NCBI GenBank assembly: GCA_036823295.1
Contig: DAISGD010000005.1
Coordinates: 15,260-79,259, forward strand
Direction: 5' to 3'
Source: Acidimicrobiales bacterium
Lineage (GTDB): Bacteria > Actinomycetota > Acidimicrobiia > Acidimicrobiales > Acidimicrobilacustridaceae
DNA: 64,000 nt
Within the stretch, counting starts at the first letter, position 1; each line of letters begins with the position of its first letter. The notes below the pieces were generated by a model. It saw only the letters and a list, made by a program, of their open reading frames with translations, made no database searches and had not been told where the DNA came from. This document shows positions 8,529-18,650 of this stretch, piece after piece. The position numbers and the translations under genes are program-made.

Positions 8529-9541
8529 GCTGGTCTCGACCAGGTGGGGGGGCCCGATCGCCAGGCTTCGACTCCGGCCAGGCCGGCGGCCTTCTGTTCG
8601 GGGCTCGCCCCGCTGGCTTCGATGGAGGTGGCGGCGATGCCGGCCAGGGTGACGTCGTCGAAGCCGAACTGGTCACGGCACAGCTCGTATTCCTCGAGGA
8701 GCCCGGGGCCGAACAGGAGGGGATCATCGGCGTTGACGCTGCAGCGGACGCCGGCCGCCAGCAGCGCGGGCAGCGGGTGGGCGTCGAGGGACGGCACCAC
8801 CGCCAACAGCACGTTCGAGGTGGGGCACACGTCGAGGCAGGTTCCCTCGTCGGCCAGGCGCGCCACCAGTGAGGGGTCCTCCACCGCCCGGACGCCGTGC
8901 TGGATGCGATCGGCGCCGAGGGCGTCGAGGGCGCCGAGCACGCTCTCGGGTCCAGCCAGCTCGCCGGCGTGGGGGGTGGCCAGCAGCCCCGCCTGGCGGG
9001 CGATGGCATAGGCCTCGGCGAACGGTTCGGGCGGGCCGACCGCCTCGTCGTTGGCCAGGCCGAACGACACCACCCCGGCCTCCGCGTAGCGGGCGGCGAG
9101 GCGGGCCTGGGCGGTCGCCTCGGCTGGATCCACCGTGCGATCGGCGGCCACCATGAGGCCCACCCCGACCCCGGTGCGGCGCCCGGCGGCGGCTATGGCA
9201 TCGAGGAACAACTCGAGGATCTGCTCGTCGGTACCGAGTCGGTCCCGGTAGCGGGGCTGATAGAAGGCGGGCTCGATCCACACCGCGCCCGCCTGGGCGG
9301 CGTCGTCGACCACCTCGTTGATCAGTCGTACGAGATCGTCCGCGGTGCGCAGCACCTCGCAGGCCCCGACGTACATGTCGGCGAAGGCGGTGAAGCTGCC
9401 GAAGCCGCTGACCACGGGCATGGCGATCCCGTAGCGATCGGCGAGCTCGGCCAGGGTCGACGGGCGCATCGCGCCCTCCAGGTGCAGGTGGAGGTGGGCC
9501 TTGGGCAGGGCACCCAGGTCCCGTCCGGTGCCGCCGCTCAC
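8522..9541 (-). CDS. add: Adenosine deaminase
   Basis: ORF 8522-9727 trimmed to the GTG at 9541 (VSGGTGRDLGALPKAHLHLHLEG), which overlaps the permease stop as GTGA. Motifs: HLHLEG metal site, HAGE, DVCPTSN, SVNADDP. Confidence 0.85.
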   Translation of the reverse strand: MSGGTGRDLGALPKAHLHLHLEGAMRPSTLAELADRYGIAMPVVSGFGSFTAFADMYVGACEVLRTADDLVRLINEVVDDAAQAGAVWIEPAFYQPRYRDRLGTDEQILELFLDAIAAAGRRTGVGVGLMVAADRTVDPAEATAQARLAARYAEAGVVSFGLANDEAVGPPEPFAEAYAIARQAGLLATPHAGELAGPESVLGALDALGADRIQHGVRAVEDPSLVARLADEGTCLDVCPTSNVLLAVVPSLDAHPLPALLAAGVRCSVNADDPLLFGPGLLEEYELCRDQFGFDDVTLAGIAATSIEASGASPEQKAAGLAGVEAWRSGPPTWSRPAC

Positions 9542-10431
9542 AGGACCCGGCGGGTCTGGTCTGGCGCGTACCGTTCCAGTACGAGGGTCTCGACGCCGCT
9601 GATGATGCTGTAGAGCACGACGGATGCCACGGTAACGATCACGACCGAGGCCCACAGGCGGGCGTACTGCGCGGTCGGCACCGCGGTGAGCATGAGGTAG
9701 CCGAGACCCTGGCCGGTGGCCAGCCACTCGGCCAGCAGGGCCCCGACGAGGGCCAGCGGCGCGGCGATGCGCATCGAGGCGAACAGCGCGGGCAGGGCGC
9801 TGGGGAACTGCACCTTGCGCAGGGTGGTGACGTCGGTGGCGCCATAGGCCCGCATGAGGTCGAGCGATTCGGGCGGTACCGCCCGCAGGGCCAGCGTGAC
9901 GTTCACCAGGGTGGGGAAGAACGTCACGATGCCGGCGATGACGGTGACGGCCATGAGGCCCCGACCGAAGATGAGGGCGATGAGCGGCGCCATCGCCACC
10001 AGGGGCACCGTGCGCAGGGCCATGGCCAGCGGCATGAGTGCCTGCTGAGCGCCCTTGCGCAGCACGAAGAGGTTGGCAAGGGCCAGGGCGGCGATCGTGC
10101 CTGCCGCGAAGCCCAGGGCGGCGTCACGGGCCGTGGTCCAGAACGCGCTGCTCATCTGGGCCCGGTTGGTGGCGGCGGCGGGCACGGTGAAGAGGTACTT
10201 GTACACGTCGCCCGGGCTCTTGGCGATGAAGGGCTTGACCCCGGAGAACTTGACCAGCAGCTGCCAGATGATCAGGCCGAGGATGGCGAAGACGAGCCCG
10301 CTGACCAGCGCCTTGCCCGTGCGCTTGAGGGCGATGACCAGCACGCTCTCGGGTGGGGGGGCCGCAACCGGCGCCCCGGGGGGACCGCTCGGTGCGTTGA
10401 CGGGGACGGGTGACTCGGTGCCGACGCTCAT
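9538..10431 (-). CDS. ABC transporter permease (NitT/TauT-type, BPD_transp_1)
   Basis: 297 aa, six predicted TM segments. EAA-like loop ESLDLMRAYGATDVTTLRKVQFPSALPALF. ATGA overlap with the upstream permease at 10428-10431. Confidence 0.85.
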   Translation of the reverse strand: MSVGTESPVPVNAPSGPPGAPVAAPPPESVLVIALKRTGKALVSGLVFAILGLIIWQLLVKFSGVKPFIAKSPGDVYKYLFTVPAAATNRAQMSSAFWTTARDAALGFAAGTIAALALANLFVLRKGAQQALMPLAMALRTVPLVAMAPLIALIFGRGLMAVTVIAGIVTFFPTLVNVTLALRAVPPESLDLMRAYGATDVTTLRKVQFPSALPALFASMRIAAPLALVGALLAEWLATGQGLGYLMLTAVPTAQYARLWASVVIVTVASVVLYSIISGVETLVLERYAPDQTRRVL

Positions 10432-11237
10432 GATCGACCCGGCCGGGCCCAGGGCACGAGGATCCGCTCAGCCAGGGCGGTCAATGCGTACCCGATGCCG
10501 GCCAAGGCGGCGATGGTGATGGCGATGCCCCACGTGCGCTCCACCTGCAGCGCCTGCTCGGAGTTGATCATGTAGATGCCCAGCCCGTTCTCGCCGCCGA
10601 TGTACTCCCCGATGACGGCACCGAGCACGGCGGCGGGCGCCGCCACCCGCAGGCCGGAGAACAGCGACGGCAGGCTGGCCGACAGGCGGACCTTGCGCAG
10701 CTGGGTGGCGCTGCCGCCGCCGTAGGCCCGGATCAGGTCGAGCGAGGTCCGGTCGGGCGACTTGAGCCCCACCAACATGGAGATCAGGGTGGCGAAGAAG
10801 ACCGACAGGGCGGCGAGGATGAACTTGGGGGCGTCACCGCTGAACAGGATGGCCAGGATCGGACCGATGGCCACCACCGGTAGGCAGTAGGCGGCCACCG
10901 CCAGCTTCATGAGGTTGCGCTCGAGGAACGGCACCTGCACGAAGGCGATGGCCAGCACCACGGCGATGGCGTTGCCCCACAGCCACCCCTTGGTCGCCTC
11001 GCGCACGGTAGTGGTGATGTTGGCCCAGTAGGGGCCCCAGCCGTCCCTCGACCACTGGGCCACCACCCCGGTCGGCGTCGGGACCGCCTGGCCACCCCGG
11101 AACACGGTGAGGGCCAGGACCTGCCACAGCACCACGATGGCGATCACCCCGAGGGTGCCCGCCACCCAACTGGGGAGCTCGCGCCGTGGAGGAGGGAGGC
11201 TGATGACGGGATCGGGCGCGGTGGGGACCGCGCTCAT
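10428..11237 (-). CDS. ABC transporter permease (NitT/TauT-type)
   Basis: ORF 10428-11903 trimmed to the ATG at 11237 ([10 protein letters not shown]...), which overlaps the ATPase stop (ATGA). The longer N-terminus is Arg/Pro junk read through the ATPase gene. EAA-like loop [29 protein letters not shown]. Confidence 0.85.
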   Translation of the reverse strand: MSAVPTAPDPVISLPPPRRELPSWVAGTLGVIAIVVLWQVLALTVFRGGQAVPTPTGVVAQWSRDGWGPYWANITTTVREATKGWLWGNAIAVVLAIAFVQVPFLERNLMKLAVAAYCLPVVAIGPILAILFSGDAPKFILAALSVFFATLISMLVGLKSPDRTSLDLIRAYGGGSATQLRKVRLSASLPSLFSGLRVAAPAAVLGAVIGEYIGGENGLGIYMINSEQALQVERTWGIAITIAALAGIGYALTALAERILVPWARPGRS

Positions 11238-12115
11238 GCGCCGTCTTCGCTGAGGTCGTCCCCGCTCATGGGGATGCCGCCGGTGAAGAGGAGGTCGCTG
11301 AGTTGGTCCCCGTAGGCGTGGAACTCGGGCGTGCGCATGATCGCGGGGGTGCGGGGCCGGGGAAGGTCGATCGTCACGGTCTGGACGATGCGGCCCGGGC
11401 GGGGGCTCATCACGGCCACCATGTCGGCCAGGAACACGGCCTCGGCCACTGAGTGCGTCACCAGCAGGGTGGTGGCTGAGCGCTCGGTCCAGATGCGCTG
11501 CAGTTCGAGGTTCAGGCGCTGGCGGGTCATCTCGTCGAGGGCGCCGAACGGCTCGTCCAGTAGCAACACCTTGGGCTCGATGACGAGGGCCCGGGCGATG
11601 GCCACCCGTTGGCGCATCCCGCCCGACAGCTGTGACGGTCGGGCCTTGGTGAAGCCCTCGAGGCCGACCAGCTTGATCAGGTCGTCGACTTCCTGGCCCG
11701 AGGTACCGACGCCGCTCACCTCGAGCGGGAGGCGGATGTTGCGTTCGACGTTGCGCCACGGCAGCAGGGCCGGGTCCTGGAAGGCGATGCCCAGATGGTG
11801 GTTCTTGCGGGCCGTCTCGGGGGGCTCGCCGTGGACCAGGGCCACCCCGGACGTGGGGCGCTCCAGGTCGGCCAGGATGCGCAAGATCGTCGACTTGCCG
11901 CACCCCGACGGCCCGAGCAGGGCGACGAAGGCCCCCTCGGGCGCGCCGAAATTGGCGCGATCGAGGGCGGTGACCGTGTCGCGCCCAATGCGGAACTGCT
12001 TGGTGAGCTCACGCAGGTAGATCCCACCGTTGGCGGAACCCGGCGCCGGAGCAGCATCGGATGCCGCCCCGGTCTCGGGCGTCGCGCCGTCGCGCTCCAC
12101 CTGCGCCTCCGTCAC
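11234..12115 (-). CDS. ABC transporter ATP-binding protein (NitT/TauT family)
   Basis: Walker [10 protein letters not shown], signature LSGGMRQR, Walker [13 protein letters not shown]-loop VTHSV. GTGA overlap with the binding-protein stop at 12112-12115. Confidence 0.9.
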   Translation of the reverse strand: MTEAQVERDGATPETGAASDAAPAPGSANGGIYLRELTKQFRIGRDTVTALDRANFGAPEGAFVALLGPSGCGKSTILRILADLERPTSGVALVHGEPPETARKNHHLGIAFQDPALLPWRNVERNIRLPLEVSGVGTSGQEVDDLIKLVGLEGFTKARPSQLSGGMRQRVAIARALVIEPKVLLLDEPFGALDEMTRQRLNLELQRIWTERSATTLLVTHSVAEAVFLADMVAVMSPRPGRIVQTVTIDLPRPRTPAIMRTPEFHAYGDQLSDLLFTGGIPMSGDDLSEDGA

Positions 12116-13218
12116 ACCGGACTCGTCATGAGATCCGGGTTCTCGGCGTACACCTCGTTCAGGATCGACAGGTCGAACAGTTTGTCGCCGGCGATGTCGG
12201 TCCCGCCGATGGCCAGGGTGGCCACGTTGGCGCTGATCATGTCCGGGGTGACGGTGAAGATCCCGTCGGTCTTGGTCCGGTCGGTGAGGATGAGCTGGTT
12301 CTGGGCCGCGGATTCGAGCGCCTGTTCCTTGGCGTCGAGGCCTTGGTCCTTGCCGTAGACGTTGGCGGCCAGATCGGCCCCCGTCTGCGGGTTCTTCAGC
12401 GAGTCGTGCCAGCCCATGATCTCGGACTTCAGGAACGCCTTGAGGGCGTCACGCTTGCTCTGCAGCGAGGAGGTCTGCACCACGTAGATCTCCGACACCA
12501 GCGGGTACTTGTAGTCGTTGAGCAGGAAGGTGACGGTGTCGTGGCCCTGCTGCTTGAGCTGGATGGGCTCGTTGGTGATGAACGAGAACCAGCCGTCGAC
12601 CGTGCCGGTGGTCAGGGGCGTCGGGTCGAACCCCACGGGGACGGTGGTGAGCGATGACGGGTCGATGGTGTTGGCTTTCAGGAAAGAGGTCCACGCCGAC
12701 TGGTTGGTCGACTGCACCCCGATCTTCTTGCCGGCCATGTCCTGCGGGGTCGGGATCGGGTTGGAGGCCAGCGACATGATGGCGAACGGGTTCTTCTGGT
12801 ACTGCGCCCCGATGGCGATGATCTCGGCGCCCTGGAGGATGGCGGGAGCGGTGATGTCCGGGGCGGAGATGCCGACCAGCGCCTTGCCCGAGGCCACGAT
12901 GGCGTCCTGGGTGACGTTGGGGCCGCCCGACATGAGGTTCACGCTCGAGTACCCGTTCTGCTTGTAGTACCCGTTGGTGTCGGCGATGTACTCGCCGGCG
13001 AACTCCACGTTCTTGATCCACGACAGCTGCATGTCGAGGGCGCCGTACGCGCCCGGGGCCACCGTTCCCCCGGGGGCCACCGTCCCCGCGGTAGTGGTCT
13101 TGGAACTGCTCGAGCACGCCGCCAGGAGCGATGACGCTCCACCCCCCACGACGACCAGGCCGGCTCCTGCAGCCAGGCTACGACCGAGGAATTGTCTGCG
13201 ATCCAAAGATGCGGCCAC
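12112..13218 (-). CDS. ABC substrate-binding lipoprotein, NMT1/THI5-like (pyrimidine/aliphatic-sulfonate type fold)
   Basis: 368 aa. Tat-like [10 protein letters not shown] plus lipobox LLAACSS. Mature part begins [29 protein letters not shown], typical of NMT1/THI5/SsuA-type binding proteins. Preceded by TAGGAGGCACGC. Confidence 0.8.
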   Translation of the reverse strand: MAASLDRRQFLGRSLAAGAGLVVVGGGASSLLAACSSSSKTTTAGTVAPGGTVAPGAYGALDMQLSWIKNVEFAGEYIADTNGYYKQNGYSSVNLMSGGPNVTQDAIVASGKALVGISAPDITAPAILQGAEIIAIGAQYQKNPFAIMSLASNPIPTPQDMAGKKIGVQSTNQSAWTSFLKANTIDPSSLTTVPVGFDPTPLTTGTVDGWFSFITNEPIQLKQQGHDTVTFLLNDYKYPLVSEIYVVQTSSLQSKRDALKAFLKSEIMGWHDSLKNPQTGADLAANVYGKDQGLDAKEQALESAAQNQLILTDRTKTDGIFTVTPDMISANVATLAIGGTDIAGDKLFDLSILNEVYAENPDLMTSPV

Positions 13219-13439
13219 GCGTGCCTCCTATGGGCAGTATCAAGGTGTTGTTGAGCCTAGGTCCGGTCGATTTCGAGGCGGGGCCTCCTAGATGAACATG
13301 ACATTTCGGACCCTACTTGGTGCTGCTTCCGGCTGCGCTCGGCACCGCCGGCGCTTCTGATCGTCGTCGTTCCTGCCCGCCGCGCCCGGTGGTGGGGCGC
13401 GATGCAGGAACGATGGATGACCCCCGGGCGGCAGTTGGG

Positions 13440-15212
13440 TCACAGCACCATCGAGGGGACGATTTGCCCGGATGTGCCATCCACCAGGCCGACATCGGTG
13501 ACGTGGGGCCCGCCGAGACAGGCCAATGACGACAACAACACCTGGAACAGCGGCTGGGTGAGGGTGGGCGCCTCCAACCCGATGGCCAGCGCCGCGTCCT
13601 GCGTGCGCTTCTGGGCGGAGGCCACCTCGGCGGCCGGGAGGGGGGACAGCAGACCGGCGATGGGCAACTCGATGAGGCCGGTGACCTGGCCCTGGGCCAC
13701 GACGCAGATGCCCCCGCCGCTGCCGATGACCGTGCGGGCGGCCAGCGCCATGTCGTCGGGGTCCCGACCGAACACCACGAGGTTGTGGGTGTCGTGAGCG
13801 ACGGTGGTGGCGATGGCTCCGGTCCAGCTGCCGTAGTCCGCCAGGAGCGCGGCCACCGGCGTGGCCGGGGCACGGCCGTGGCGGTGGATGGCCACCTGCA
13901 GGACGTGATCGGCGGGGATCTCCACCACGCCGTCACGCACCTCGACGGTGGTCTCCCCCCATTCGGTGATGACCGCGCCGGCCACCGTCCGCACCCGATG
14001 GCGGCCATCGGGGACGTCGAGGCGCAGCACGAAATCGTCGGGGGCGACCGCGGTCAGCTTCATGGTGTCGTAGGGCGGGGAGGACGGTCCCTCGACCACG
14101 GGTTCCAGCATCAGCCCGCCCGAGGCCACATGGCGCCCGTTGGCATAGACGTCGTCGACGGCGATCGTGGCGAGATCCGAAAGGATGACCAGGTCGGCCC
14201 GACGGCCGGCGGCGACGTGGCCCAGGTCCGTGCGGGCCAGGCGGTAGGCGGCGTGGAGGGTGGCCATGCGGATGGCCCGCACCGGGTCGAGGCCGGCGGC
14301 GATGAGTCGGCGCAGCAGGTGGTCGATGCCGCCGTCGGTCAGCAGGGTCAGGGCGAACAGATCGTCGGTCGAGGCCACCAGGTTGATGGGGAACAGGGGC
14401 AGGGCGTTGAGGTGCTCGACCGCGGGCGGGATCAGCGCGTCGATCATCCCCCGGAACTCGACCGTCATTCCCGCCCGGATCTTCTCCATCACATCGCCGT
14501 CGGTGAAGATCTCGTGGTCGCTCAGGATGCCGGCGTCGAGGTAGGCCTGCAGGTCGGGACCGGTGAGCCCGGCCGCGTGCCCACTGACCAGCTTCCCGCT
14601 CTCCAGCCCGGCCCGGACCACCTCGACCATGCGCTCGTCGCCGGTGAGCACGCCCCGCATGTCCATCACCTCGGCCAGGCCGCCGACCTCGGTCCACGAC
14701 AGCATGTCGCGGACCTCCGCGGCATAGAGGTCTGCCCCCGACAGCTCGAGGCCAGGGATGGGCGGCACGCACGATGGCGCCTGCACGATGAAGCGCACGG
14801 GTAGGCCGCGGCTGGCCTCGGTCAGGTAGCGCACACCATCGACGCCGGCCACGTTGGCCAGTTCATGGGGATCGCAGAAGATGGTGGTGGTGCCCCGCGG
14901 GCAGACGGCCTCGGCGAACCCACCCGGGGTGAGCATCGACGACTCGGTGTGCACGTGCATGTCGATGAAACCGGGGGCCACGAATCGGCCGGTGGCGTCG
15001 ACCGAGTCGAGGGCATCGGCGCGGCTACCGGGGGCGTGGACGCTGGCGATGAGGGGACCCACCAGTCCGACGTCGGCCGGGCGCAACTCGCCGGTGCTCA
15101 CGTCCACCACCGTGCCTCCGACGATCAGCAGGTCGAAGGGCTCGGTGCCTCGTGCGGCGGCCATGGCCCGGGTGCGAATGGTGGGATCGATGGGTTCGAC
15201 GGGCTCGGACAT
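13440..15212 (-). CDS. ade: Adenine deaminase
   Basis: Motifs GFIDMHVHTESSMLTP, FCDPHELANV and LSDHEIF, with a length of about 590 aa, fit adenine deaminase. The ATG at 15212 follows GAAGGAG. The ORF-track start at 15230 is the alternative. Confidence 0.85.
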   Translation of the reverse strand: MSEPVEPIDPTIRTRAMAAARGTEPFDLLIVGGTVVDVSTGELRPADVGLVGPLIASVHAPGSRADALDSVDATGRFVAPGFIDMHVHTESSMLTPGGFAEAVCPRGTTTIFCDPHELANVAGVDGVRYLTEASRGLPVRFIVQAPSCVPPIPGLELSGADLYAAEVRDMLSWTEVGGLAEVMDMRGVLTGDERMVEVVRAGLESGKLVSGHAAGLTGPDLQAYLDAGILSDHEIFTDGDVMEKIRAGMTVEFRGMIDALIPPAVEHLNALPLFPINLVASTDDLFALTLLTDGGIDHLLRRLIAAGLDPVRAIRMATLHAAYRLARTDLGHVAAGRRADLVILSDLATIAVDDVYANGRHVASGGLMLEPVVEGPSSPPYDTMKLTAVAPDDFVLRLDVPDGRHRVRTVAGAVITEWGETTVEVRDGVVEIPADHVLQVAIHRHGRAPATPVAALLADYGSWTGAIATTVAHDTHNLVVFGRDPDDMALAARTVIGSGGGICVVAQGQVTGLIELPIAGLLSPLPAAEVASAQKRTQDAALAIGLEAPTLTQPLFQVLLSSLACLGGPHVTDVGLVDGTSGQIVPSMVL

Positions 15213-15281
15213 GGCGACTCCTTCGCTCATCCAGGTTCGCAGACTGGATGGGAGAGCGGGGGGTGGGGCGTCATTGCAGCC

Positions 15282-16553
15282 TCATGGCGTGGCCGGCGCG
15301 CGTCCGGCGGCCACCTCGGCGGGGGTGCGACCGACCGCAGAGCGGTAGAAGGGCGGGTCGGTGGCGCCTTCGGTGGACAGGGCCAGCACCACGGCATCGG
15401 GCGCCAGATCGAGCCCCGCTTCGTGGCCGGCGCCGGCGCTCAGCGCGGCCAGCGCGCCCACCGTGCAGGCGCCGGATTCGCCTGACACCACGCCCTCGGC
15501 GGCAAGCAGGCGCATGCCGGCCACCGCCAGGTCGTCTCCGCCGGCCACGAACCAGTCGAATGCGGCCGAGACCCGGGGCCACGCCACCGGCGACGCCTCA
15601 CCGCAGTTGAGCCCAGCCATGACCGAGTGATGCGGCCCGGGGACCTCGACCAGGTGGCCGGCCAGAGCCGAGGCCATCACGCAGTTGGCGGTGTCGGGCT
15701 CGACGCCGATGAGCACCGGTGGGTGGGCGAGCGCCGGTCGGCGATACCACTGGGCCACCGCCGCGGCCAGGGCGCCCACGCCGATTGGCACCACGACCAC
15801 GTCGGGATCGGGAAGGCCGTCGGCGGCCCGCTGGGCATCGATCTCGGCGAAGATCGTGGAGTAGCCGTCGATGACCCAGCGAGGCACGGTGTCGTAGCCG
15901 GGCCATGACGTGTCGGACACGACCAGGCAGGCAGCCGACGCCTCCTGGCCGGCGCGGGCCACGGCGTCGCCGTAGGTCCCGTCCACCACCTCGCAGCTGG
16001 CCCCCTCCGACACGATGGCGTCGATCCGGGCGTCGGCGGTGCCATCGGGCACGAAGATGCGGGCACCGAGACCGAGGAGACGGGCGAAACGGGCCACGGC
16101 TCGACCGTGGTTGCCGTCGGTGGCGGTGGCCAGATCAACGGGCCGTGCCGGCTCGATCAGGTCGGCCAGTTCCTCCACCGTGGACCACGAGGCCAGCGGC
16201 GTGCCGGTGATCGCCTGGTAGCGCTCGGCCAGAGAGCGGTAGGACGCCCACGATGCCCCCAGCATCTTGAACGCGGGGAGGCCCAGCCGGCTCGACTCGT
16301 CTTTGACCAGGAGCCGGCCGACGCGCAGGCGGGCGGCGGCCTCGGGTAGATCCAGCAGCGGAGTGGCCGCATAGCCCGGCAACCGCGCGTGGAACTCGGC
16401 CACCGACGGCATGGGCGACGCCTCTGGCGCCGCGGGTGCCTCCCGAGCCTTCAGAGCCTCCGGAGCCTCCGGAGCCTCGGGAGTTGGTCCGACCCTCAGG
16501 GGATTGCGGACGACGGTGAGGGCGCCAGGCGCGCCGTTGGACGGCGTGGTCAT
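15282..16553 (-). CDS. dpaL: Diaminopropionate ammonia-lyase-like PLP enzyme (YgeX/DpaL family)
   Basis: Aligns by eye along its length with E. coli YgeX. Shared segments: [35 protein letters not shown] (PLP lysine), [44 protein letters not shown]. It carries an N-terminal PEAPEAPEA low-complexity extension. Confidence 0.8.
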   Translation of the reverse strand: MTTPSNGAPGALTVVRNPLRVGPTPEAPEAPEALKAREAPAAPEASPMPSVAEFHARLPGYAATPLLDLPEAAARLRVGRLLVKDESSRLGLPAFKMLGASWASYRSLAERYQAITGTPLASWSTVEELADLIEPARPVDLATATDGNHGRAVARFARLLGLGARIFVPDGTADARIDAIVSEGASCEVVDGTYGDAVARAGQEASAACLVVSDTSWPGYDTVPRWVIDGYSTIFAEIDAQRAADGLPDPDVVVVPIGVGALAAAVAQWYRRPALAHPPVLIGVEPDTANCVMASALAGHLVEVPGPHHSVMAGLNCGEASPVAWPRVSAAFDWFVAGGDDLAVAGMRLLAAEGVVSGESGACTVGALAALSAGAGHEAGLDLAPDAVVLALSTEGATDPPFYRSAVGRTPAEVAAGRAPATP

Positions 16554-17557
16554 GCGTCGGCGAAGGCGTCGATCATGGCGGGCACATCATCGCCCAGGGG
16601 GTACAGAATCGGGCAGGTGGCACCGGCGGCGACGTATTCGGCGACCTTGGCCCGGCACTCTTCCGCGGTCCCCGACGCGGTGATCATCTGCACCACGTCG
16701 TCGGGCACGAGCTTGGAGGCTGTCACCACCTGGTCGTGGGTGGCCGGCCAGGTGAGCACCGAGCCGATCTCGTCCAGCAGCGACTCGGGGACGCCGGATG
16801 CCTTCATGATGTGGGGCTGTTGACCCAGGTACTGGGTCACCAGTAGGCGGGCGTTGTCGAGGGCCCGGCCCCGGTCCTCGTCCAGCGAGCACACCACCAG
16901 CTGGGGCCGATCGAGGTCGTCCACCGAGCGCCCGGCCTTGGCCGCCCCGATCTCGAGGTGTTCCATGGCGGTGGCGTTGTAGGCGGGGGACACGAGGTAG
17001 TTGAGTACCGCCCCATCGGCGATCTCGCCGGTCAGTTCCATCATCTTCATGCCGGTGGCGCCCAGGTAAATGGGCACGTCCTTGGGCCGCCGCTCCTGGT
17101 GGACGTAATCGAGCTCGACCCCGTCGAGATGGACGAACTCACCGTCGTAGTCCACCGTCTCGTCGGCCAGCAGGGCGCGCACGGCCTCGATGGTCTCCCG
17201 CATGGCTTGGAGGGGCCGGGTGCGGGTGATGCCCACTTTGGCCGCCAACGGGTCCCACCAGGCACCGATGCCGAGGATGACCCGGCCGGGGGCGAGGTCG
17301 TCGAGGGTGGAGAATGTCGACGCCAGCAAGGCCGGGTTGCGGGTCCAGTTGTTGACCACGCCCGAGCCGACCTTGATGGTGTCGGTGCAGGACAAAAAGG
17401 CCGCCATGGGCACCGTGGCCTCGCGCACCAGGCGGCTCTCGGCCTGCCACACCGCCTCGAACCCTTTGGCCTCGGCGTACTGGGCGATGGTCATGCCCTC
17501 CCGAATGGCATGGGCATCCTGAAGGTAGATGGCCAAGCGGGTCACGGGGTCATCCAA
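16550..17557 (-). CDS. LLM-class (luciferase-like) F420-dependent oxidoreductase, Mer-like
   Basis: 335 aa TIM-barrel LLM signature: [52 protein letters not shown] overlap with the next gene at 16550-16553. Confidence 0.75.
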   Translation of the reverse strand: MDDPVTRLAIYLQDAHAIREGMTIAQYAEAKGFEAVWQAESRLVREATVPMAAFLSCTDTIKVGSGVVNNWTRNPALLASTFSTLDDLAPGRVILGIGAWWDPLAAKVGITRTRPLQAMRETIEAVRALLADETVDYDGEFVHLDGVELDYVHQERRPKDVPIYLGATGMKMMELTGEIADGAVLNYLVSPAYNATAMEHLEIGAAKAGRSVDDLDRPQLVVCSLDEDRGRALDNARLLVTQYLGQQPHIMKASGVPESLLDEIGSVLTWPATHDQVVTASKLVPDDVVQMITASGTAEECRAKVAEYVAAGATCPILYPLGDDVPAMIDAFADA

Positions 17558-17597
17558 TCTTCTCGTCGGGCGTCGCGTCGGGCGTTCTTGGGGGCGA

Positions 17598-18650
17598 TCA
17601 CAGTCGGGCGAACAGGCGGGAGGCCTGCTCGGCGGCGCGGGCTCGGATCTCGTCGCCGTCGACCCGGGTGGCGCGACCGTCAGCCAGCACGGTCTCGCCG
17701 TCGACCATCACCTTGGTGGCCCGCACGTCGGTCGTGTAGGCCAGGCACCAGGGGTCCATGGGGGCATACGTCCAGGTGACCCGGTCGTCCTTCGCCTCGG
17801 GGACCAGCGACCAGCCCTCGCTCACCCAGGCCCAGGCCACGTCGGCCCCCGCCGTCACGTCGTCCTCGCGCAGACGGGCGAAGGCCACCCGGAACTCGTC
17901 CACCAGGTCGGCGCCGATGCCGTCGGTGCCCAAGGCGACAGGATTCGGTGAGGGTGGTCGGGCGAAGCGGGTGGGGCGGGCATACCCGACCGCGTTGTTC
18001 ATGTTGGAGCGGGGGTTGTGCACGATGGTGCCGGCCAGTCCGTGGTCGTCGGCCAGGTGCACCCCGTGTACCAGCAGCCAGCGGTCGTCGGTCAGCGCCC
18101 GCAAACGCTCAGGTGACGCCACGTCGTCGAGAGCCTCGGCCACATGGATGTGCACGCCGACACCGAGATCCGCGGCCAGGCCGGCGGCGGCTTCGAGCGT
18201 GGCGTCGGAGCAGGTGAAGGCGGCGTGGACCCCGACCAGGCCTGGTCGCCCGGAACGTAGGAAGCGCTCGTTCTCGGCCAGTCCCGCCTTGGCGCCTTCG
18301 GGGCCGTGACGATCGGTGACGCCGTAGGCGCACGAGACGCGGATGCCGACCTCGGCGCACGCCTCGGCGATCACGTCGAGGCTGCCCTCGATGGCTGAGG
18401 GCGACTCGTGGTGGTCGATGATGGCCGTGCACCCGCTCTCCAGGGCCTCGAGGGCGCCGAGCTTGGCCGACCAGGCGATGGTCTCCAGGTCGAGGGCCAC
18501 GTCGAGGCGCCACCACACCCGCTCCAGGATCTCGAGGAACGTTGTGGGTGTCACCTCAGGGGCCGGCATACCCCGGGCCAGGGCCGAATACAGGTGATGG
18601 TGGGCGCACACCAGGCCCGGGGTGACGGCCGGGTCGCCGGCGTCGCTCAC
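17598..18650 (-). CDS. SsnA/chlorohydrolase-like amidohydrolase, short form
   Basis: 350 aa beginning almost at the HxH motif ([17 protein letters not shown]). Later motifs [13 protein letters not shown] and GTDGIGAD. The GTG start overlaps the upstream stop (GTGA at 18647-18650). Confidence 0.65.
   Translation of the reverse strand: MSDAGDPAVTPGLVCAHHHLYSALARGMPAPEVTPTTFLEILERVWWRLDVALDLETIAWSAKLGALEALESGCTAIIDHHESPSAIEGSLDVIAEACAEVGIRVSCAYGVTDRHGPEGAKAGLAENERFLRSGRPGLVGVHAAFTCSDATLEAAAGLAADLGVGVHIHVAEALDDVASPERLRALTDDRWLLVHGVHLADDHGLAGTIVHNPRSNMNNAVGYARPTRFARPPSPNPVALGTDGIGADLVDEFRVAFARLREDDVTAGADVAWAWVSEGWSLVPEAKDDRVTWTYAPMDPWCLAYTTDVRATKVMVDGETVLADGRATRVDGDEIRARAAEQASRLFARL

Noticed and set aside
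10428-11903. Long N-terminal extensions offered by the ORF track. This ORF is one; the others are 25990-26739, 30124-31323, 49645-50967, 54863-56230, 55807-57174, 58093-59505, 7438-8403, 8522-9727 and 23672-26077.
   Set aside because: The extensions read through the preceding gene in another frame and are compositionally junk. In every case an internal ATG/GTG forming a 4-nt ATGA/GTGA overlap with the upstream stop gives a family-typical N-terminus and length.
13219-13439. Possible riboswitch (purine or TPP) in the 221-bp spacer upstream of the NMT1/THI5-type binding protein gene
   Set aside because: I read the minus strand and found no purine-riboswitch core and no TPP CUGAGA / ACCUGA-type box. 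It contains only a weak GC hairpin after the adenine deaminase stop and two AGGAGG-like boxes. An Infernal scan would be needed to exclude a riboswitch fully.
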